Shown: piece by piece, positions 58,186-64,000 of the stretch | Position numbering within the stretch: the first letter of the stretch is position 1 | Layout of the letters: each line of letters opens with the position of its first letter | IMG/VR virus record: IMGVR_UViG_3300025070_000011 | Source: an uncultured virus (IMG/VR IMGVR_UViG_3300025070_000011) | Taxonomy: Duplodnaviria; Heunggongvirae; Uroviricota; Caudoviricetes | Length of the DNA: 64,000 bases | Direction: 5' to 3' (one strand) | Notes under the pieces: model-generated | The model's database searches: none | What the model was told of the DNA's origin: nothing | The model's input: the letters and a program-made list of their open reading frames with translations, nothing else | Position numbers and translations under genes: made by a program

Positions 58186-60689
58186 TTACACCCCCCACAT
58201 CTTTTGGTGCATATGTTTAACGGTTTTCGTTTTAGGTGTTGACTTATATTTTCAAAGTCGTGATTGAATATTACTTCACCAACAGAGAACTTACTTAGAT
58301 CATTATACCGTCTATTGTAGGTATAGTCAAGGGGATGGTGCGGCAATAGTTTATTTTCTTCTACGTCTCTAGAAATAAAGGCGCAGGGAAACGCATTTCC
58401 AGCTGAGTTGACATAGAAGTAGCCAGACTTTCTTGAGTCACACCACACGGGGTCTCTCTCTTTCATTTTTCTTTTGATCGGTCTTATCTCATCTGACTTC
58501 TTGAACATTTTCAAAGTCTCTAGGTTCACGGGGATGTCACTTGCTATTATCTCTGTTACCCCGTTTTCTGATTCTGCTTTCTGTGGCTGCGGCACATATT
58601 GTAAGTTGTCAATGTAGATTGGTTTGATAAAATTTTTGTTATATGTCTGTACGGTGATGGTAACATTTTTTTCTTTGAAGTACTTACAGATGTCCTCTAG
58701 GTGTTGCGACTTTGTGGGGTCAGAAGTTTCGCACATAAACGTGACCCAGTTGACTTTGAATTTGTCAAATATATTCTTGATCGATGCCGGGCTGTGTTCT
58801 TTGCCGTTTACAAATAGGTCATTGAATTCATCTCCGGTGTCGTTCTGCGTTGTACTCAATTGAATCAGAGCTCCATCTGGAGCACCGTCATCATACAGTC
58901 CGTGATATAGGTCACTGAATTGTTCCCCATGCATTTGAAAGTATTTTATCAGAGTGTCGTTGTCCGATACATTGTCTTGATTTAGAATCGACAACAACTC
59001 TTGTTTCGGCATGATATTATACAGACGTTCAAATACTTTTTCATAGTCTTGTTTATAGAATAGTTCCTTTAGAGTATTAACATAATATTTTTTATACAAT
59101 GCCTGTATGTCCGACTCCGATGAATCCCAAAATATTCTTTGTAACCCATGTTGTTTGATGTTTTCCATAACATCGTGTTTGATTTTAGGAAGTGTATTAT
59201 TCTTCCAAAGTCTTTTGTAAAGAGCAAAACATTGTAGATTGCTGACGTTCCAAAAGTATCTCACTGGCCCACAATCTTTTGCCTCTTTATATACTACTCG
59301 TTGCATCTTGTTGATATATCTTTGTTTGTAAAAATCATAGATATCATCTGCATCTTTATTCCAATATAGAGATTGGTCACCTTCTTGGAGTAGTCTGTCT
59401 TCTGGGAAGTCTGCACAAAATTTCAAGTGCATTGATATCATGTCACCAGATTCAAATAAATCCTTGATGACTCCTTTGTGGTGAGGTTCGATCATCCTGA
59501 TAAACTTCATGTCTGAGACTTCACGTTCTAGTTCTGGAACAAGTTTTTTGACTTCTTCCACGGGTTTGGCAAAGTATTCTTTTAGTTCTGGAAAGTCTTT
59601 GATTAGTTTCTCAGACAAAGATTGTAAATCATTTTGGTCAACCAGACTTTTGATTGACGATACCACATCTTGATTCATGTAGTTTTTTTCTAGTGAGTCA
59701 TCTGATACGGAATCAAATCCCAACCACTCACGCAGAGTTTCAAACTTACTCGAATACTTTTCCCAATCATCTTTCAATTGGGGCAGGTCTTTCTCAAACT
59801 TTGACTGCAATGTATCGTAGTCTTTGTTCTTCAAAAGTTCTGATATTTTATCGGTGTGTTTGTTTTTGGTAAAAAATGTACTAGGAAATTTGGGCAACCA
59901 AAGTCTTTCAAACTCTGTCTTGCCGTGCCAGTGTATCAGAAGGTTATAGTCCTTCACATCATGCGGTTTAAAAAACTTTGTTCTCTTGGGTACAACTGGT
60001 GCTTCAAAGATACAAAACTTTGGTTCTTCCCTGTATAGATGCGGAGTAACATCATCTGGGTATTGTTGGCCGCGATTATAAGAATACGCCCACTCCGAGG
60101 GAAGGAAAGACCAGTACCCATCCCCTACCACTTGGTGTTCTCTCCAAGGATAGTAATTGTCGGTTCCCTTCCAGAAGGTTTTGAATATCGTGTCCTTGTG
60201 TTTTAGGACATCATTGTAAATTTTTTCCCCTGCATCGTTACACCACAACATTACGCTGGAGTTATGCAGAGTGCCTCTTATGTCTTTGAAACGTCTATCA
60301 TGCAACACTGAGGGATTTTCCCAGTTTGAATACAACATGTGTGGTGTTGCAGAGAGTTCAAATATGTCATCGATGTTGTTTTGAATGACAACATCTAAAT
60401 CAATATAACAGAACGGGCCCTTGGTACGCAACCAATGGTGAGAATTTAGTACTAGAAATTTTGATCTGTCCCAACAGTAGTTCTCTTTGCCGAACCAGTA
60501 GTCGGGATGCAGTGGGTCAACTCTGGGTATTGATCGAATGGTTATGCCTTTGTCAATACCATCTGGATCATCGGTGTAACATATAAACTTGTGCCGCTTG
60601 GTATAGTTCTGTTGAACCATGTTGCGTAAATTGTTTACATATTCTGCCGAGTACTTATTTCCCCATTTCATGCAGAGAAAGTGCATCAT
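58182..60689 (-). CDS. Glycosyltransferase fused to helical repeats and a degenerate radical SAM/SPASM C-terminus
   Basis: N-terminal MKWGNKY, CYTDD, YIDLDV, NSSVMLW; C-terminal WC......YVNSAGNAFPC...IC.KRC. Confidence 0.75.
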   Translation of the reverse strand: MMHFLCMKWGNKYSAEYVNNLRNMVQQNYTKRHKFICYTDDPDGIDKGITIRSIPRVDPLHPDYWFGKENYCWDRSKFLVLNSHHWLRTKGPFCYIDLDVVIQNNIDDIFELSATPHMLYSNWENPSVLHDRRFKDIRGTLHNSSVMLWCNDAGEKIYNDVLKHKDTIFKTFWKGTDNYYPWREHQVVGDGYWSFLPSEWAYSYNRGQQYPDDVTPHLYREEPKFCIFEAPVVPKRTKFFKPHDVKDYNLLIHWHGKTEFERLWLPKFPSTFFTKNKHTDKISELLKNKDYDTLQSKFEKDLPQLKDDWEKYSSKFETLREWLGFDSVSDDSLEKNYMNQDVVSSIKSLVDQNDLQSLSEKLIKDFPELKEYFAKPVEEVKKLVPELEREVSDMKFIRMIEPHHKGVIKDLFESGDMISMHLKFCADFPEDRLLQEGDQSLYWNKDADDIYDFYKQRYINKMQRVVYKEAKDCGPVRYFWNVSNLQCFALYKRLWKNNTLPKIKHDVMENIKQHGLQRIFWDSSESDIQALYKKYYVNTLKELFYKQDYEKVFERLYNIMPKQELLSILNQDNVSDNDTLIKYFQMHGEQFSDLYHGLYDDGAPDGALIQLSTTQNDTGDEFNDLFVNGKEHSPASIKNIFDKFKVNWVTFMCETSDPTKSQHLEDICKYFKEKNVTITVQTYNKNFIKPIYIDNLQYVPQPQKAESENGVTEIIASDIPVNLETLKMFKKSDEIRPIKRKMKERDPVWCDSRKSGYFYVNSAGNAFPCAFISRDVEENKLLPHHPLDYTYNRRYNDLSKFSVGEVIFNHDFENISQHLKRKPLNICTKRCGGCK

Positions 60690-61389
60690 AATATTTTTTT
60701 CTCAACTCATCTTTTGCAGTTAGACCATTCATAATCACGATTGGATATTCTGGTTTTATTTTATATCCTCTTGGGGATACGTCTGTGTCGTAATCTACTC
60801 CGGCTTGAAACGAGTACATCAATCCCTTGGGAAATGTGTTGTCGAAGAGTTTTTCGTGGTATAAAAATCTATCGTCTCCACAGTATTTAGTCATAAAATA
60901 TTGATCGTTATCTTCAAAGTAGTCGTAGATATATCTCGCGTCATTCCCGTTCCATGCCATCACGCTGGAATTCCACAATCCCAACCACTTATATGTCCAA
61001 GGTAGATCATCAGAACCATCGTCAAAATGATACTTTTTTGGTTTGTTGTAGATTTTATTCTCACTGGTATCCCACGGAGCCTTCCAGTAACAATAACAAA
61101 TTGTTGGTTTTGAACAGTGGTCGAACAATTTGTCTAGACTACCCTGTATTATAACATCTAAGTCTAGGTAAAGGCAATCCCCTTGCCAATTATTTTTGAA
61201 TATTTTTATCTTCTCCCAGTGTCCCTCTGGTTCTTCTATTCGGATTTGTTTTATATTTTTGTTAAGGTGTTTGCTGTTCTCGTCATCTACGATGCATATA
61301 TGATTGTACTGTTTGGTTTTATCATAAATATAGTGTACGTCATCCGCACTATACTTTTCACCATAAAGAACCGTCACAACTGTTTTCAT
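60655..61389 (-). CDS. GT-A glycosyltransferase
   Basis: YGEKYS, W.KI.IF, YLDLDV (DxD), NSSVMAW, GDDRFL. Confidence 0.8.
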   Translation of the reverse strand: MKTVVTVLYGEKYSADDVHYIYDKTKQYNHICIVDDENSKHLNKNIKQIRIEEPEGHWEKIKIFKNNWQGDCLYLDLDVIIQGSLDKLFDHCSKPTICYCYWKAPWDTSENKIYNKPKKYHFDDGSDDLPWTYKWLGLWNSSVMAWNGNDARYIYDYFEDNDQYFMTKYCGDDRFLYHEKLFDNTFPKGLMYSFQAGVDYDTDVSPRGYKIKPEYPIVIMNGLTAKDELRKKYYDALSLHEMGK

Positions 61390-61403
61390 AATATTCTCTT
61401 TCT

Positions 61404-61411
61404 TATAAATA
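61404..61411 (+). promoter_or_regulatory. T4-type late promoter
   Basis: TATAAATA in the divergent intergenic region before ATG 61434. Confidence 0.8.
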
Positions 61412-61433
61412 ATAAGAACAAAAAGGATAGAAA

Positions 61434-61760
61434 ATGGCCACTGTACAGAATATCACAATAGATCAGGGTACAACGTTTTCCTTGACAATAACTCTGACCA
61501 ACGATGACGGGACGGCAAAAGTCTTGACAGATTATACCGTGTCCGCACAACTGCGAAAAAGTTATTATACTAATACTTATACAGATTTTACAACAGCAAA
61601 AGTAGACGGCACAGGAGAGATAACAATTTCATTGACTGCCGCTCAGACCAGTGATATAAAATCTGGAAGATATGTCTATGACATTGAGATTGCTAGTTCG
61701 GTCGAAACTCTGAGAATCTTGGAGGGTATAGTAACCGTAACACCGGAGGTGACTAAGTAA
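61434..61760 (+). CDS. Virion structural protein (Ig-like fibre adaptor)
   Basis: NITIDQGTTF, AQLRKSY, GRYVYDIEI, RILEG.VTVTP.VT. Confidence 0.75.
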   Translation: MATVQNITIDQGTTFSLTITLTNDDGTAKVLTDYTVSAQLRKSYYTNTYTDFTTAKVDGTGEITISLTAAQTSDIKSGRYVYDIEIASSVETLRILEGIVTVTPEVTK

Positions 61761-62023
61761 TGGCTGTCAACGTAACACTGGGTTCGTCTGGGACTAGAAT
61801 AGTAACGCAGTCCCCAAGTACTACTGCTAGATTAAAAACAGCAGTAACCAACACATCAAAGACACAGACCTCTACAAGTATCGATGGTCTACAGGGGGTA
61901 GACTTACAAAACTTGGCAGACGGCGATACGTTAGTATATGACTCAGACTCGGGCAATTGGGAATCCGCTCCCCTGTCTTCAGCTAATGTAAGTGTCAATT
62001 CTATAGATGGTGGAACATTTTAA
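61760..62023 (+). CDS. Small fibre-associated protein ending IDGGTF
   Basis: L.GVD....DGDTLVYDS.SG.W repeat unit; C-terminal DGG motif. Confidence 0.7.
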   Translation: MAVNVTLGSSGTRIVTQSPSTTARLKTAVTNTSKTQTSTSIDGLQGVDLQNLADGDTLVYDSDSGNWESAPLSSANVSVNSIDGGTF

Positions 62024-62061
62024 AAAAAATAAAAACATAAAAACTCTAGGGAGAAAGTTAA

Positions 62062-63609
62062 ATGTCAACAACAATTCAGATTAAAAGGTCAACGGGCAGC
62101 GCCGCTCCAGCTACCAGCGACTTGCTCAACGGTGAAATGGCTTATGCACAAGATACCTCTAATGATGGTGCTTCTGCAAAATTATATATGGAGTCGGTTG
62201 ATAGTGGTTCTAACGCAGTTATTCACACCATCGGTGGTAAGTACTACACCGATGAGGTAGATGGCGCCACTAATGCTAACACCGCATCTAAAATTGTAAA
62301 GAGAGATGGTTCTGGTAACTTCTCTGCTGGTACAATTACTGCTGCACTCACAGGCAACGTAACTGGTAATGTCACTGGTACAGTTAGTGATGTTAGTAAC
62401 CACGATACAGATGACATCTCTGAAGGTTCAACCAACCTTTACCACACTACTGCTAGAGCAAGAGCTGCTATATCTGCTAGTGGTGATATTTCATACAACT
62501 CTACTACTGGTGTAATTTCATTTACAAACGATGCCGGTGACATTGAGTCTGTTGTCGCTGGTTCCGGTCTAACTGGTGGTGGAACATCTGGTGATGTCAC
62601 TCTGAATGTTGGTGCTGGTACTGGTGTTACAGTTGCCGCTGATGCGATTAGTATTGGTCAGGACGTTGCTACGAACGCTAGTGTCACCTTTGCGGGTATT
62701 ACTGGTCCACTTACGGGCAACGTAACAGGTGACGTTACTGGTGATATTACTGGTGACGTAACAGGTAATGCTGATACTGCTACTGCTCTCGCAACTGCTC
62801 GCACAGTTGGTATGACAGGAGATGTCTCATGGACTTCTGCTGCCTTTGATGGTTCAGCAGCAGTAAGTGGAACCTCTACTCTCGCAACAGTAAACAGTAA
62901 CGTAGGTTCTTTCGGTTCTACAACGGCTGTTCCCGTTATTACAGTCAACGCTAAGGGTCTTGTAACTGCTGTTTCAACACAGTCTATTGCAACTTCTTTT
63001 GATGTTGCCGCTGACAGTGGAAGTACTGACACGGTTGCTGGTGGTGAAACACTTACATTCGCTGGTACAACAAATGAGATCGAAACTGCGGTTTCTAATA
63101 ACCAGATCACTATCGGTCTGCCAGATGATGTAACAATCGCTGGTAACCTTACTGTAAACGGAACAACAACTACTGTTGCCACAACAAACTTGGAAGTGAC
63201 CGACCCATTGTTCTCAATTGGTTCTGGTAACGGTGCTTCTGACTCTGTTGACCTTGGTTTCTATGGTCTGTATGACACATCTGGTTCGCTAGACCTGTAC
63301 TCTGGTCTATTCCGTGATGCATCTGACAGTGGTAAGTGGAAGTTGTTTAAAGACCTACAATCAGCTCCGACCACTACCGTCAATACGGGTGGAACTGGAT
63401 ACACAGTGGGTACTCTTGTTGCAAACCTTGAAGGTAATGTAACAGGTAACGTAACTGGTACTGTTTCTAGTATTTCTAACTTTGACACGGATGATCTCAG
63501 TGAAGGATCAACTAACCTGTACTACACAGATACAAGAGTCGGTACTTTCTTGGCTGGTGGTACTTCAAAAACTATTGCTAATGCTACCATCGATGGTGGT
63601 ACTTACTAA
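62062..63609 (+). CDS. Tail fibre protein
   Basis: N-terminal IQIKRS...P....L..GE.A; GNVTG repeats; two DTDD.SEGSTNLY repeats; ends IDGGTY. Confidence 0.85.
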   Translation: MSTTIQIKRSTGSAAPATSDLLNGEMAYAQDTSNDGASAKLYMESVDSGSNAVIHTIGGKYYTDEVDGATNANTASKIVKRDGSGNFSAGTITAALTGNVTGNVTGTVSDVSNHDTDDISEGSTNLYHTTARARAAISASGDISYNSTTGVISFTNDAGDIESVVAGSGLTGGGTSGDVTLNVGAGTGVTVAADAISIGQDVATNASVTFAGITGPLTGNVTGDVTGDITGDVTGNADTATALATARTVGMTGDVSWTSAAFDGSAAVSGTSTLATVNSNVGSFGSTTAVPVITVNAKGLVTAVSTQSIATSFDVAADSGSTDTVAGGETLTFAGTTNEIETAVSNNQITIGLPDDVTIAGNLTVNGTTTTVATTNLEVTDPLFSIGSGNGASDSVDLGFYGLYDTSGSLDLYSGLFRDASDSGKWKLFKDLQSAPTTTVNTGGTGYTVGTLVANLEGNVTGNVTGTVSSISNFDTDDLSEGSTNLYYTDTRVGTFLAGGTSKTIANATIDGGTY

Positions 63610-63621
63610 ATAGTTTACTGA

Positions 63622-63644
63622 GGGGGGATACGTCCCCCCGTTTT
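63622..63644 (+). terminator. Intrinsic terminator with UNCG tetraloop
   Basis: GGGGGGA-TACG-TCCCCCC-GTTTT. Confidence 0.8.
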
Positions 63645-63647
63645 AAT

Positions 63648-63836
63648 ATGGAGAATATTATGGACGAAGAATTTTTGCAACTTTATGTGAATAAGTTGAC
63701 CAGCAAAATTAACGAATTGACCCAAGAGAATTTACTTCTCAAAGCTCACTTGGAGAATGCAAACGCAAAACTACAAGATTCAGCTACAGAAATGCCTGGG
63801 TTGTCCGAGCCGGAAGAGAAAAAAGAAAAGAAGTAA
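63648..63836 (+). CDS. Small coiled-coil protein
   Basis: 62-aa heptad pattern YVNKL..KI.EL..EN..L; the start may be ATG 63660 after a GGAG SD. Confidence 0.65.
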   Translation: MENIMDEEFLQLYVNKLTSKINELTQENLLLKAHLENANAKLQDSATEMPGLSEPEEKKEKK

Positions 63837-64000
63837 ATGACGAATATCATCAAGCCAAAAAGAAGTGAATCAAGTGGAGCTCCTACTGCCAGTGATTTAG
63901 CTGTTGGGGAACTTGCCATAAACCTAGCGGATGGTACTATCCATTCTAAAAAGGTTGATGGTACGGTTGTCTCTCTTGGTTCATCTTCTTCCTCAGCTGG
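63837..64000 (+). CDS. Tail fibre-like protein, N-terminal part (runs off the window)
   Basis: MTNIIKPKRSESSGAPTASDLAVGELAINLADG; same N-terminal motif as the fibre at 62062. Confidence 0.75.
   Translation, partial: MTNIIKPKRSESSGAPTASDLAVGELAINLADGTIHSKKVDGTVVSLGSSSSSA

Noticed and set aside
62350..63530. Near-repeated DNA segments in the fibre gene as a DGR template/variable pair
   Set aside because: The repeats are in-frame protein repeats (GNVTG, DTDD.SEGSTNLY) without adenine-specific variation, and no reverse transcriptase is present in the window.
1..64000. Stop-codon reassignment, introns or inteins
   Set aside because: Core genes are full length in the standard code and TAA, TAG and TGA all terminate genes. 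No split core gene or intein motif was seen.

Overview
A 64-kb segment of a large T4-like (myovirus) phage genome, probably from an aquatic or marine host (inferred). It has four blocks. (1) 1-17.4 kb: a co-directional, tightly overlapping island of about 17 tailoring-enzyme genes with no T4 core genes. It encodes a 2OG-Fe(II) hydroxylase, a GNAT-like protein, a methyltransferase, two UDP-sugar dehydrogenases, six tandem radical SAM enzymes with N-terminal Twitch/SPASM-like domains, two GT10-like proteins, a 40-aa 'DPFIY' microprotein and a NodU/CmcH carbamoyltransferase. (2) 17.4-24.6 kb: phoH, an exonuclease, a circularly permuted two-piece tmRNA (tag ANDDVYALAA), a SleB-like hydrolase, an epimerase, gp33-gp59-gp32 and a seventh, class-B-like radical SAM. 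(3) 24.6-53.5 kb: the baseplate/tail module (tape-measure-like, gp51, gp26, gp54-like, gp2, gp4, gp48, gp53, hub, gp5, gp25, PAAR, gp6, gp7, gp8, VrlC-like), with many TATAAATA late promoters. (4) 53.5-64 kb: a glycosyltransferase/oxygenase/SGNH/methyltransferase cluster placed between a Tyr-x-Gly-repeat virion protein and fibre genes; one of its genes fuses a glycosyltransferase to a degenerate radical SAM/SPASM C-terminus. The best candidates for new biology are a phage-encoded radical-SAM plus glycosylation tailoring pathway (possibly modifying virion proteins), the permuted phage tmRNA, and a lambda G/GT-like -1 frameshift site joining gp26 and gp51. All family calls come from motif recognition; no searches were run.
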